From assembly GCA_032654565.1 (NCBI GenBank), contig JAULAX010000009.1:32001-96000 (forward strand): DNA of 64,000 bases, given 5' to 3'. The DNA is from Anaeromyxobacteraceae bacterium (GTDB lineage Bacteria > Myxococcota > Myxococcia > Myxococcales > Anaeromyxobacteraceae). A model generated the notes under the pieces. The model was given only the letters and a program-made list of their open reading frames with translations. It did not search any database and was not told the DNA's origin. This document shows, in pieces, positions 19,161 to 28,602 of this stretch. Both the position numbers and the translations under genes were made by a program. How positions within the stretch are numbered: the stretch's first letter is position 1; each line of letters starts with the position of its first letter.

Positions 19161-20037
19161 GCCCGCCGAGCTGGCCGCGCTCGAGGCCCGGGTGGAGCGG
19201 GCCCTCGCCGCCGGCGGCGCCGGCGACCTGGTGGTGCTCGGCTACGGCGAGATCTCGGCGGTGATCCGGCTGGAGTCGGGCGGGCGGCCCTTCGCGTGCA
19301 AGCGGCTCCCCCCCTTCCCCGACGCCGCCCGGCTGGCCGCCTACCGGGCCTGCCTCGACGACTCGCTCCTGGCCCTGGCGGCGAGCGGCGTCCGGGTGGC
19401 GCCCACCACGCTCATCGACCTGGCGCGGCCGGTCGGCCGCTTCGTCGCCTACGCCGTCCAGCCGGAGCTCCCGGGGGAGGCCCTGCTGCCGGCCGTCCTC
19501 GCCCGCGCCTCCGAGGCCGAGGCGGTGACCCTCTTCGGGCGGCTCCTCGACGCCGTGGCCGGCGCCGTCGGCCCCCGGCTCGGCCTCGACGCCCAGGTCT
19601 CCAACTGGGCGGTGGTGGACGGCGCGCTCACCTACCTCGACGTCACCACCCCCATGCTCCGCGACCTGTCCGGCGCCGAGCGGCTCGACACCGACCTCTT
19701 CATCGCCTCGCTCCCCTGGGCGCTGCGGGGGCTGGTGCGCCGCTTCCTGCTCGGCGCCATCCTCGACAAGTACTACCTCCCGCGCGGCGCGGTGCTCGAC
19801 GCGGTGGCCAACCTGGTGAAGGAGGGGCTGGAGCGGCTGCTGCCGGCGCTGGCGGCCGCGGCCGGCGCCCGGTTCCCGCCCCCCATCGACGTCACCGAGG
19901 CCCGCCGCACCTACGCCGGCGACGCCCGCATGTGGCAGCTGCTCCAGGCGCTGCGCCGCCTCGACCGGCGCTGGCACCGGTCCCGAGGCCGGGTCTACCC
20001 GTTCCTGCTGCCGGGCCAGGTCGACCGCCGTGTGTGA
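19147..20037 (+). CDS. protein-kinase-like fold hypothetical protein (possibly DUF6206)
   Basis: LGYGEIS glycine loop, FACKR lysine, DAQVSN catalytic loop, YLDVT; overlaps both neighbours. Confidence 0.7.
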   Translation: MRWPEPAELAALEARVERALAAGGAGDLVVLGYGEISAVIRLESGGRPFACKRLPPFPDAARLAAYRACLDDSLLALAASGVRVAPTTLIDLARPVGRFVAYAVQPELPGEALLPAVLARASEAEAVTLFGRLLDAVAGAVGPRLGLDAQVSNWAVVDGALTYLDVTTPMLRDLSGAERLDTDLFIASLPWALRGLVRRFLLGAILDKYYLPRGAVLDAVANLVKEGLERLLPALAAAAGARFPPPIDVTEARRTYAGDARMWQLLQALRRLDRRWHRSRGRVYPFLLPGQVDRRV

Positions 20038-21217
20038 CACCGCCGTGGTGGTCGAGCCGGGCCGGGTCCTCTTCGCCAAGAACTCCGACCGCGATCCCAA
20101 CGAGGCCCAGCTGCTCGAGTGGCACCCGGGTCGCCTCCACGCCGCCGGCGCCCGGCTGCGCGCCACCTGGATCGAGCTCCCCCAGGTGCGCCAGACGCAC
20201 CCGGTGCTCCTCTCCCGCCCCTTCTGGATGTGGGGGGCCGAGGTGGGGGCCAACGCCCACGGCCTGGTCATCGGCAACGAGGCGGTCTTCACCCGGGAGC
20301 CCTACGCCCGGACCGGCCTCACCGGGATGGACCTGCTCCGCCTGGCGCTGGAGCGGGCCGCCACCGCGAAGGAGGCGGTCGCCACCATCGAGGCCCTGCT
20401 GGCGGCCCACGGCCAGGGGGGCGGCTGCGGCCACGAGCAGCGCGGCTTCACCTACCACAACAGCTTCCTGGTGGCCGACCCCGGCGGCGCCTTCCTGGTG
20501 GAGACCGCCGGCCGCCACCTGGCGGTCGAGGAGGTCCACGGCCCGCGCACCATCTCCAACGGCCTCACCATCCCCGCCTTCCGCGAGCGCCACGCCGACC
20601 GGCTCAAGGAGTGGGGCTCGCGCTGCCGGCTGCGCCAGCCGCGGACCGCGGCGCTGGCCGGGGCGGCGGGCGGGCCGGCCGGCCTGATGCGGCTGCTGCG
20701 CGACCACGGCGGCGCCGCCGGGCCGCGCTACGAGCTGCTCTTCGGCGGGCTCTCCTCCCCCTGCGTCCACGCCGGCGGGCTGGCCGCCGCCTCGCAGACC
20801 ACCGCCTCCTGGGTGAGCGAACTCTCGGCGGGCGGGCTCCGCCACTGGGCCACCGGCACGGCCGCCCCCTGCACCGGCCTCTTCAAGCCGGTCGAGGTGG
20901 GGTCGCCGCTCGACCTCGGCCCGAGCCCTGGCGACGTCGACGACGGGACCAGCCTGTGGTGGCGCCACGAGCGGCTCCACCGGGCGGCGCTGCGCGACCC
21001 GGAGCGGCTCCTGCCGCTCTTCGCGCCGGAGCGCGACGCCGTCGAGGCCCGCTGGCTCGCGGCGCCGCCGTCACCGGCCGAGGCCTTCGCCGAGGGGGAC
21101 CGGCTCCTCGTGCGCTGGACCGCGGCGGTGCAGGCGGCGGCGGGGCCCGACCGGCGCCCCTTCCCGGTGCGCCGCTACTGGCGGACCCGGGAGCGGCGGG
21201 CGCGGCCCGGCCGCTGA
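20030..21217 (+). CDS. C69 dipeptidase/secernin-like Ntn hydrolase
   Basis: N-terminal CDT nucleophile, FAKNSDRDPNE, WMWGAEVGAN, GNEAVFT, GMDLLRLALER. Confidence 0.9.
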   Translation: MCDTAVVVEPGRVLFAKNSDRDPNEAQLLEWHPGRLHAAGARLRATWIELPQVRQTHPVLLSRPFWMWGAEVGANAHGLVIGNEAVFTREPYARTGLTGMDLLRLALERAATAKEAVATIEALLAAHGQGGGCGHEQRGFTYHNSFLVADPGGAFLVETAGRHLAVEEVHGPRTISNGLTIPAFRERHADRLKEWGSRCRLRQPRTAALAGAAGGPAGLMRLLRDHGGAAGPRYELLFGGLSSPCVHAGGLAAASQTTASWVSELSAGGLRHWATGTAAPCTGLFKPVEVGSPLDLGPSPGDVDDGTSLWWRHERLHRAALRDPERLLPLFAPERDAVEARWLAAPPSPAEAFAEGDRLLVRWTAAVQAAAGPDRRPFPVRRYWRTRERRARPGR

Positions 21218-21262
21218 GGCCCCCGCCGCGGGCCAGGCGGGGCGCCCGGCGCCTCGGCGGCG

Positions 21263-22537
21263 CTACGGAGGGGCCGGGACCGAGAAGTAGGCCACCTGGG
21301 CCGCGAAGGTGCCGGCGCCGCTCATGACCCTGGCCACGCCGAGCAGGTCGATGCGGGCGATCCAGTCGCGATTCCTCGACACCAGGAAGGCGTAGGGGCG
21401 CCCGTCGAGCAGGCCGATGCCGATGCCGTGCGGATCGCCACGGTTGACCCAGGGAGCCCCGCCTGGAAGGTTGGGCAGCGTCTGCGCCATGGTGACCAGG
21501 ATCCCGGCCTTGGCCTTGGCGAGGTCGACGAAGACCAGCCCGTTGCCGTACTCCTCCGCGGCCAGCGCCAGGTGGGTCACGCCGTCGGCGGCCACCTGGG
21601 TGTAGCCGAGGCCCGGCAGGTCGACCGCCGCCAGCAGCGCCGGGGCGCCGAAGGTCCTGGCGACGGAGTCCTTGGTCACGGCCCCGAGGTCGATCAGCTG
21701 CAGCGTCGACGGGACCTCGACGGCCACCACACCCACGCCCAGCCCGAAGTCGATCGCCACCGCGTCCGGCTCGCGCCCCAGGGGCGACTGCGGGTCGAGG
21801 GCGGCCGGGTCGGCCATGGTGAAGACCGGCCGGGACGGGGCGTTGAGCTCGATGAGCGTCAGCCCGTCGGTCTGGGCCGGGCCGTCGGGGTGGACGTACC
21901 CGGTGCAGACGGTGGGGTCGATGACGAGCGCGGCGGGATCGCACAGGTAGAACGGGGCGATGAGCCGCCCCGCCGTGGGATCGTAGGCGAAGTTCTCGGT
22001 GATGGGCACGTTGAAGGTGCCGGTGACCAGGAAGGTGTCGAGGTCGTACTCCAGCAGGCCGGTGGAGACGGAGACCCAGGCCTTGCGCCGCGTGGCGTCC
22101 ACCGCGGCGCCCATGCTGTAGGAGGCGTTGTCCGAGGCCACGATCGGCTCGGAGCCGATCGGCAAGGTCGCCTGCCCCCGTGGCAGGTCGGTGGTGGCGT
22201 CGACGAAGTAGACCACCGGCGCGCTGACGTCGACGGCCACGACCTCCGTGCCGCTGCTGCCGACGGCCTGCGGCGCCCCGTCCACGCCGAGGTCGACGAA
22301 CCGGATCAGGCCGCTGGTCCCGTGGGGCGCGGCGGGGTCGACCACCGCCAGCGTGGCGTGGGTGGCGGTCGGGCTGGACTGCGCCGGCAGGTAGAGCTTG
22401 TACCGGCCGCCGGCGGTGACCAGGGCGAAGAACCCGGTGTTGGAGGCGGGCGGCTGGGCGCTGAGATGCCTGGGGCTGGAGCTGTCACAGCCAGCGAGGG
22501 CGACGGCGGCGAGGAGCAACAGGGCGGGGGTTCGCAT
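21263..22537 (-). CDS. lipoprotein, probable beta-propeller
   Basis: Lipobox LAGC; repeated short beta-strand blades (VYFVD, AVDATRRKAWV, LQLIDL, LVFVDL). Confidence 0.75.
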   Translation of the reverse strand: MRTPALLLLAAVALAGCDSSSPRHLSAQPPASNTGFFALVTAGGRYKLYLPAQSSPTATHATLAVVDPAAPHGTSGLIRFVDLGVDGAPQAVGSSGTEVVAVDVSAPVVYFVDATTDLPRGQATLPIGSEPIVASDNASYSMGAAVDATRRKAWVSVSTGLLEYDLDTFLVTGTFNVPITENFAYDPTAGRLIAPFYLCDPAALVIDPTVCTGYVHPDGPAQTDGLTLIELNAPSRPVFTMADPAALDPQSPLGREPDAVAIDFGLGVGVVAVEVPSTLQLIDLGAVTKDSVARTFGAPALLAAVDLPGLGYTQVAADGVTHLALAAEEYGNGLVFVDLAKAKAGILVTMAQTLPNLPGGAPWVNRGDPHGIGIGLLDGRPYAFLVSRNRDWIARIDLLGVARVMSGAGTFAAQVAYFSVPAPP

Positions 22538-22612
22538 GGCGTGGATCCCGGGGAATGGAGGGAGGACTCATTCAAGCATCGATTCAGGTCCAAGACGAGC
22601 GGAAGGCTCCGG

Positions 22613-22765
22613 TCACCAGACCAGGCGGAGCGAGTACGACTCCGTGACCCAGTGGGGATGGCGGGCCGAGATGTCCCAGGCGCTCTGGAACTGGACCAGC
22701 GACTCGTCCACGTACTCGCCCCCCACCGAGGCGGCGCGCCCCACCCCCGGGCTGTCCGAGCCCAT
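22613..22765 (-). pseudogene. 50-aa ORF, possible remnant of an outer-membrane beta-barrel 3' end
   Basis: MGSDSPGVGRAASVGGEYVDESLVQFQSAWDISARHPHWVTESYSLRLVW; coding-like codon bias; terminal aromatic residue. Confidence 0.35.
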
Positions 22766-22788
22766 TCCAAAGTGCTAGCTTTCCCCCC

Positions 22789-23925
22789 ATGCGCGCCTCG
22801 GCGTTGCCGCTGCTCCTCCTCCTCGGGGTCCCGGGCCTGTCCGGCGCCGCCGAGGCCCGTCCCCGGCTGGCCGTCCTCGACCTGGTCGCCAACGGCGCCT
22901 CCAAGGAGCTGGCCAGCGCCGCCACCGGGGTCACCGCCAGCGAGCTCGACCGCATCGGCGTCTTCAAGGTCATCTCCGCCGACGCCATCCGCGCCATGCT
23001 GGCCTTCGAGAAGCAGCGCCAGATGCTGGGGTGCTCCGACGCCGGCTGCCTCGTGGAGATCGGCGGCGCCCTCGGCGTCGACTACCTGGTCTCCGGCAAG
23101 GTCTCCCGCCTGGCCGCCACCCGCGACATCCCCGAGACCCTGACCCTGGAGCTGACCCTGGCCTCGGTGAAGAGCGGCCAGAGCGAGGGCACCGCCGTGG
23201 AGAACGCCCGGTCCGAGGGCGAGCTGCTCGGCAAGGTGGCGCGCGCCGTCGGCAAGGTGGTGGCGCGGGTGCTCAGCGGCCGCTCCGGCACGCTGGTGGT
23301 GGCCTCCACCGAGAGCGGCGCGGTGGTCAAGGTGGACGAGCAGGTCAAGGGGACCACGCCGCTGCAGGGCGCCATCCCGCTCCCGGCCGGCCCCCACGCC
23401 CTGGCGGTCGAGAAGGATGGCTTCGTCGCCTTCCAGAAGGAGGTGCAGGTGCTCCCCGGGAAGCTCACCGAGGAGCGGGCCGCCCTGGCCCCCAGCCCCG
23501 ACTTCATCCGCAGCTACGAGTCGCGCCAGCGCAAGCTGCGGGTCGGCGCCTGGATCGCCACCGGCGTCACCGTGGCCGGCGTCGCGGCCGCGGTGCTGCT
23601 CCAGGCCGACGCCTCGCGGCGCTACGGCAACGACTCCACCCCGGGCACCTTCCTCTACGACCGGCGCAAGCTGCTCGACGGGGTCTTCACCGAGGGCGGC
23701 GTCGACCTGCGCGTCGAGGCCGACCGGCTCAAGTCGCAGATCTCGCAGCGCGAGACCCTGGCCTGGGTGGCGGTGGGCGTCGGGGCGGCCGGGGCGGTCT
23801 CGGCCACCTGGCTCTGGATCGCCGGTGACGACCCCGACCGCTACGCCCGCTACCGGACCGGCCTGGTCGCCGGCGTGGCCCCGCTCCCCGGCGGCCTGCT
23901 GGCCAGCCTCAGCCTCGGCTTCTGA
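22789..23925 (+). CDS. PEGA-domain secreted/outer-membrane protein
   Basis: Signal peptide; GCSDAGCLVEIGGALGVD; PEGA GTLVV..TESGAVVKVD...GTTPL...LPAGPH. Confidence 0.88.
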   Translation: MRASALPLLLLLGVPGLSGAAEARPRLAVLDLVANGASKELASAATGVTASELDRIGVFKVISADAIRAMLAFEKQRQMLGCSDAGCLVEIGGALGVDYLVSGKVSRLAATRDIPETLTLELTLASVKSGQSEGTAVENARSEGELLGKVARAVGKVVARVLSGRSGTLVVASTESGAVVKVDEQVKGTTPLQGAIPLPAGPHALAVEKDGFVAFQKEVQVLPGKLTEERAALAPSPDFIRSYESRQRKLRVGAWIATGVTVAGVAAAVLLQADASRRYGNDSTPGTFLYDRRKLLDGVFTEGGVDLRVEADRLKSQISQRETLAWVAVGVGAAGAVSATWLWIAGDDPDRYARYRTGLVAGVAPLPGGLLASLSLGF

Positions 23926-23957
23926 GGCCCGGCGCGACCGGCGCCGCCTCCCGCGCC

Positions 23958-25076
23958 CTAGTTGACGAACCGGCGCATGGCCACGCTGAGCAGCAGGCCG
24001 AGCCCGAGGAAGACCGACAGCACCGAGGAGCCGCCGTAGCTGAAGAGCGGCAAGGTCACCCCCACCACCGGCAGCACCCCGGTGACCATCCCGATGTTGA
24101 CGGTCATCTGCCAGAAGAGCATCGCCGTCACCCCCACCGCCAGGAAGTGGCCGAAGCGGTCGCGGGCGTTGCCGGCGATGTCCACCCCCGCGGCGATCAG
24201 CCAGAAGTAGAGCGCCAGCAGCAGCAGGCTGCCCACGAAGCCGTGCTCCTCGGCCCAGACCGAGAAGATGAAGTCGGTGTGCTGCTCGGGAAGGAACGAC
24301 AGCATGGTCTGGGTCCCCTGCCCCCACCCCTTGCCGAGCCCCTGCCCGGAGCCCACCGCGATCTTCGACTGCATGGCGTGGTAGCCGGCGCCCAGCGCGT
24401 CCCCCTCGGGGTTGAGGAACGACTCGACCCGCTTCTTCTGGTACGGCTTGAGGTGCGGGTAGGCGAACATGGCGCCGGCGGCGGCGAAGGCGGCCAGCAG
24501 CCCCAGCGTCCGCCACCTGATGCGCGAGAAGAGCAGCATGGTGACGCCGATGGCCACCACCACCAGGGCGGTGCCGAGGTCGGGCTGGCGCAGGATGAGC
24601 ACCGCCGGCACCAGGGTGATGGCGAGCGGGAGGAGCATCCCCTTCAGGCCGCGCGGCGACTTGCGCCGCTCCTCGTCGAAGTTGAACCAGCTGGCCAGCG
24701 CCATGATCACCGCGATCTTGGCCAGCTCGGACGGCTGGATGCGGAGCGAGCCGGAGCCGATCCAGCGGCGCGCCCCCATGATCACCCGGCCGTTCACCAG
24801 CACCACCACCAGCAGCACCACCACCAGGGCGTAGGCGACCCAGGCCAGCCGCTGGTAGGCGCGGTGGTCGAAGAGCGTCAGCAGCAGCGCCAGCACCGCC
24901 CCGGCGGCCATGAACCAGGCCTGCGCCACCCAGACCGGCGCGTGGGCGGTGCGGGAGGCCGAGGCCAGGTTCCAGAGCCCGAGCAGGCAGATGGCCACCA
25001 CCGCCAGGGCGATGTGCCAGGGGAACAGGTCGAGGCGGCGCCGCTCGGTGGCGGCGGTGAGCGAGACGTCAGCCAC
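23958..25076 (-). CDS. rodA: rod shape-determining protein RodA
   Basis: GARRWI, QPSELAK, QPDLGT, LPEQHTDFIF, GVTLPLFSYGGSS. Confidence 0.97.
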   Translation of the reverse strand: MADVSLTAATERRRLDLFPWHIALAVVAICLLGLWNLASASRTAHAPVWVAQAWFMAAGAVLALLLTLFDHRAYQRLAWVAYALVVVLLVVVLVNGRVIMGARRWIGSGSLRIQPSELAKIAVIMALASWFNFDEERRKSPRGLKGMLLPLAITLVPAVLILRQPDLGTALVVVAIGVTMLLFSRIRWRTLGLLAAFAAAGAMFAYPHLKPYQKKRVESFLNPEGDALGAGYHAMQSKIAVGSGQGLGKGWGQGTQTMLSFLPEQHTDFIFSVWAEEHGFVGSLLLLALYFWLIAAGVDIAGNARDRFGHFLAVGVTAMLFWQMTVNIGMVTGVLPVVGVTLPLFSYGGSSVLSVFLGLGLLLSVAMRRFVN

Positions 25077-27093
25077 GGTCGGCTCCTCCGGGTGGCGCCA
25101 GCGCCCCCAGCTTGGGACGCTCGGCCGGCCTCGGCCCGGCCGGCGGCGAGCGGGCCGGCGGCGCCGGTCGCGGCGGCTCGGGCGCCACCCCGCCCCGCTC
25201 GGCCTCGTCCTGGGCCTTGAGCTTGAAGTAGCTGCGCACCAGCTCCACCGCGGTGGGGGCGGCGTTGGTGGAGCCGAAGCCGGAGTGCTCGTTGAGCACC
25301 ACCACCACCACCTGCGGGTCGTCGGCGGGGGCGAAGACCGCGAACCAGGCGTGGTCGCGCTCGAAGTAGTCGACCTGGTCGGCCTTGAGCCGCCGCGCCC
25401 CCAGCTTGACCACCTGCGCCGTCCCGGTCTTGCCGGCCATCTTCACGTCGGGGAGCCGCTGCCAGTAGGCGGTGCCGTAGGGCTCGTTGACCGCCGCCAG
25501 CAGCCCCTTGAGCACGGTCTCGCGCGTCGAGGGCTTGAGGTCGACCCGGCCGCGCTCCTGCGGCGCGAACTCCTGCAGCACCCGGCCGCTGGTGTCCTCG
25601 ACGCGCAGCACCACCTGCGGCTTCCAGAGGACGCCGGTGGCCAGCGCCCCGTAGAGGACCAGCTGCTGCATGGGGGTGACGTTCAGGTCGCCCTGGCCGA
25701 TGGCGAGGTTGACCGCCATGCCCTTCTGGTAGCCCCCCGGCAGCCGCTCGTCGTGCCAGGCCACGTCGGGGATGACCCCGGGCACCTCGCCGGCGATGTC
25801 GAAGCCGGTGGGCGCCCCCAGGCCGAGCTTGCGCCCCCACTTGGCGATCAGGTCGGCGCCCAGCTGGGCCCCGGCCTGGTAGTAGAAGACGTCGCAGCTG
25901 GCCCCCAGGGCGTGGGTGAAGTCGACGGCGCCGTGCCCGGCCTCGTTGTCGCAGCGCCAGCGCATCGCCCCCATGTTGAAGTGGCCGGGGCAGTTGACCA
26001 GCGTGCCGGGGCGGTAGAGCCCCTCCTCCAGCGCCGCGATCGAGGTCACCGCCTTGAAGGTGGAGCCGGGGTGGTAGTGCTGCTGGATGGCGCGGAAGAG
26101 CTCGGGCTGGAGCGGGTCGTCGTGGATCCTGGCCAGCTCGGCGCTGCTGATGCGCCCCGACATCTTGTTGGGGTCGGGCGCCGGGCGGTCCACCAGGGCC
26201 AGCAGGAAGCCGGTCCGGGCGTCCATGGCCAGCACCACGCCGGCGGTGGCCGGGAAGGTCCTCTCGGCCAGCTCCTGCAGCCGCCAGTCGAGCGAGAGGA
26301 CCAGGTTGCGCCCCGGCGTGGCGGTGACCAGCCGGTTCTCCTCGGCGATGAAGTCGCCCTCCTTCTCGCGCCCCTTGGCGTCGACGGCGATGCGCCGCTT
26401 GCCGTCCACCCCGCGCAGCTCGCGCTCGAACCGCCTCTCCAGGCCGCGCCGGCCGGTGTAGTCGCCCAGCAGGTAGGGCCCCTGGGGGCTGCCGGCCCGG
26501 GCCAGCTCCTCGTTGAGCCGGCGCAGCTCCTCGGCCCCCACCTCGTTCATGTAGCCGATCAGGTGGCCGCCAAGCCCGCCGTAGCGGTAGCTGCGGTGTG
26601 GCATGGGCTGGACGTCGACGCCGGGCAGGTCCATGGCGTTGGCCTCCAGCACGTCGAGCTCCTCGCGCTTGACGTCCACCTTCACCGTGAAGGGGCGGAA
26701 CCGCTCCAGCTTGCGGGCCCCGCTGAGCTGGGCCTGCGAGCGCTCCACCTCCTCCGGGGCCAGGGAGAGCACCGCCGCCAGCCGGGCCAGGATGTCGCCG
26801 CACTGCTTGCCGCAGTAGAAGGGGGTGAGGGTGACGTTGAAGCTGGGGCGCGAGTCGACCAGCACCTTGTGGTTGCGGTCGAGGATCTGGCCGCGGTCGG
26901 CCGGGACCCGCAGCTCCTTGACGTAGTTCTCGTCGGCCTTCCCCTTGAGCTCGTCGCCGCGGACGATCTGCAGCAAGTAGAGGCGGGAGAGCAGCGCCAG
27001 GAAGGCGGCCACGATCACCACCGTGGCCCAGGCCAGCCTGGGCCTGAACTCGCGCTGCACGGCGCCGCCTGGCGTGGTGGGGAGGATCGACAT
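25069..27093 (-). CDS. mrdA: penicillin-binding protein 2
   Basis: RGQILDRN, PGSTFK (SxxK), SCDVFYY, KTGTAQ. Confidence 0.97.
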   Translation of the reverse strand: MSILPTTPGGAVQREFRPRLAWATVVIVAAFLALLSRLYLLQIVRGDELKGKADENYVKELRVPADRGQILDRNHKVLVDSRPSFNVTLTPFYCGKQCGDILARLAAVLSLAPEEVERSQAQLSGARKLERFRPFTVKVDVKREELDVLEANAMDLPGVDVQPMPHRSYRYGGLGGHLIGYMNEVGAEELRRLNEELARAGSPQGPYLLGDYTGRRGLERRFERELRGVDGKRRIAVDAKGREKEGDFIAEENRLVTATPGRNLVLSLDWRLQELAERTFPATAGVVLAMDARTGFLLALVDRPAPDPNKMSGRISSAELARIHDDPLQPELFRAIQQHYHPGSTFKAVTSIAALEEGLYRPGTLVNCPGHFNMGAMRWRCDNEAGHGAVDFTHALGASCDVFYYQAGAQLGADLIAKWGRKLGLGAPTGFDIAGEVPGVIPDVAWHDERLPGGYQKGMAVNLAIGQGDLNVTPMQQLVLYGALATGVLWKPQVVLRVEDTSGRVLQEFAPQERGRVDLKPSTRETVLKGLLAAVNEPYGTAYWQRLPDVKMAGKTGTAQVVKLGARRLKADQVDYFERDHAWFAVFAPADDPQVVVVVLNEHSGFGSTNAAPTAVELVRSYFKLKAQDEAERGGVAPEPPRPAPPARSPPAGPRPAERPKLGALAPPGGADRG

Positions 27094-27099
27094 GCGCGC

Positions 27100-27609
27100 T
27101 CAGGGGGCCAGCTCGGAGGGCCGCTCGCCCAGCAGCCCGTCGAGCCGGCGCAGCCCCCACCGCAGCGGCGGCGAGAGCAGCGCGGTGAGCAGGGCCGCCA
27201 GGGCGATGCGGGAGAGGAGCGCCCAGGAGGGCCGCAGCTCCAGGGTGGCCGCCGAGCGGGCCAGCGCCACGGCCCCGGCCGAGAGGAAGAAGGCGGCGAA
27301 GCCGCAGAGCGCGGCGAAGCCGGCCCACCCCCGCACCTCGAAGCCCAGGCGGATGAGCCGGAGGCCGAGGAAGGTGGCCACCGACAGCGAGGTGAGCAGC
27401 CCCTTGGTCCCGCCCCCGGCCACGTCGAGGACGAAGCCGACCGCGGCCGCCGCCACCGCCCCGTCGACCCGCTCGGCGGTGAGCGCCAGGTGGACCAGCA
27501 GCACCACCGGCAGGAAGAGGGTGAAGGCGCCGCCGCCGACGTGGCGCAGCAGCGCCGCCTGCAGGCCGACCAGCACCAGGGCCACCGCGGCGTGGAGCAG
27601 CGCCCTCAC
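27100..27609 (-). CDS. mreD: rod shape-determining protein MreD
   Basis: Hydrophobic 169 aa between mreC and mrdA; GFVLDV. Confidence 0.82.
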   Translation of the reverse strand: MRALLHAAVALVLVGLQAALLRHVGGGAFTLFLPVVLLVHLALTAERVDGAVAAAAVGFVLDVAGGGTKGLLTSLSVATFLGLRLIRLGFEVRGWAGFAALCGFAAFFLSAGAVALARSAATLELRPSWALLSRIALAALLTALLSPPLRWGLRRLDGLLGERPSELAP

Positions 27610-28481
27610 GGCGCCTTCCCCGGCGCCAGCGCCGCCGGCATCAGCTGCCGCTCCCGGCTCCCCGAGGTGATCACCAGCACCTCCTCGGCCCGGGTCGGGT
27701 CGACGCTGGGGATCACCGAGCCCTCCAGGAAGAGGCCGTGGGCGGCGCGCTGCAGCCGGGTGACCCGCCCCACCGGCAGCCCGGCCGGGAAGACCGCGTC
27801 GGTGCCCGAGGTGACCAGCAGGTCCCCCTCGATGACGTCCTCGCTCCGCACCGCGTGGTCGAGCCGCGCCAGGCCGGGGTGGCCGAGGCCGCGCACGTTG
27901 GCGCGGGCCCGGGTCCGCTCCACCCGCACCGCGATCGAGGAGTTGCGGTCGATGGCCAGCAGCACCTCGGCGCTGCCGCCGCCGGTGGAGTGGATCCGCC
28001 CCAGCACCCCCTCGGCGGTGATCACCGGCATGCCGCGCGAGAGGCCGTCGTCGCTCCCCTTGTCGAGGGTGACCAGCTGCAGCCCGGAGGGCTCGGCGCG
28101 GACGCCGATGACCCGGGCCCCGGTGTAGCTGCGCGCCGGGGCGGCCTCGGCCAGCGCCAGCAGGCGCCGCAGCCGGTCGTTCTCGCCGGCCTCGTGCTGC
28201 AGCTCCTGCAGCCGCAGCGCCAGCGCCTGGTTCTCCTTGAGCAGCGCGCCGGCGCGCCGGTGCGAGCCGCGCAGCGCCACGTAGCCGTGCCACGCCTCCA
28301 GCGAGCCGACCACCACCGCGCCCACCGCCCGCTCCAGCGGGGCCACGAGGGTGAGCACGGCGCGATCGACGCGCGAGAGTTGGCTCGGCTTCTTGGCGTT
28401 CGCGAAGAAGACGGCCAGCGGGAAGAGCAGCAGGACCGCGACCAGGATCAGCTCGCGGTACCGCCGAAGGAGGGACAGCAC
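27606..28481 (-). CDS. mreC: rod shape-determining protein MreC
   Basis: N-terminal TM, coiled coil ENDRLRRLL, LDKGSDDG, GDLLVTSGTDAVFPAGLPVG. Confidence 0.95.
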   Translation of the reverse strand: MLSLLRRYRELILVAVLLLFPLAVFFANAKKPSQLSRVDRAVLTLVAPLERAVGAVVVGSLEAWHGYVALRGSHRRAGALLKENQALALRLQELQHEAGENDRLRRLLALAEAAPARSYTGARVIGVRAEPSGLQLVTLDKGSDDGLSRGMPVITAEGVLGRIHSTGGGSAEVLLAIDRNSSIAVRVERTRARANVRGLGHPGLARLDHAVRSEDVIEGDLLVTSGTDAVFPAGLPVGRVTRLQRAAHGLFLEGSVIPSVDPTRAEEVLVITSGSRERQLMPAALAPGKAP

Positions 28482-28602
28482 GAGGTCTCCGGCTGGGGCA
28501 AAATCCCTTGCATTTTAGCGACTATTGACTAGGTTCTTCAACCTTCCGGCGCGCCCTCGCGCCGATTCTTCCACGCACCCGCCACAGGAGCCGTCAGCGC
28601 CC

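Noticed and set aside
24910..28128. 1072-aa plus-strand ORF
   Set aside because: Antisense shadow of mrdA, mreD and mreC.
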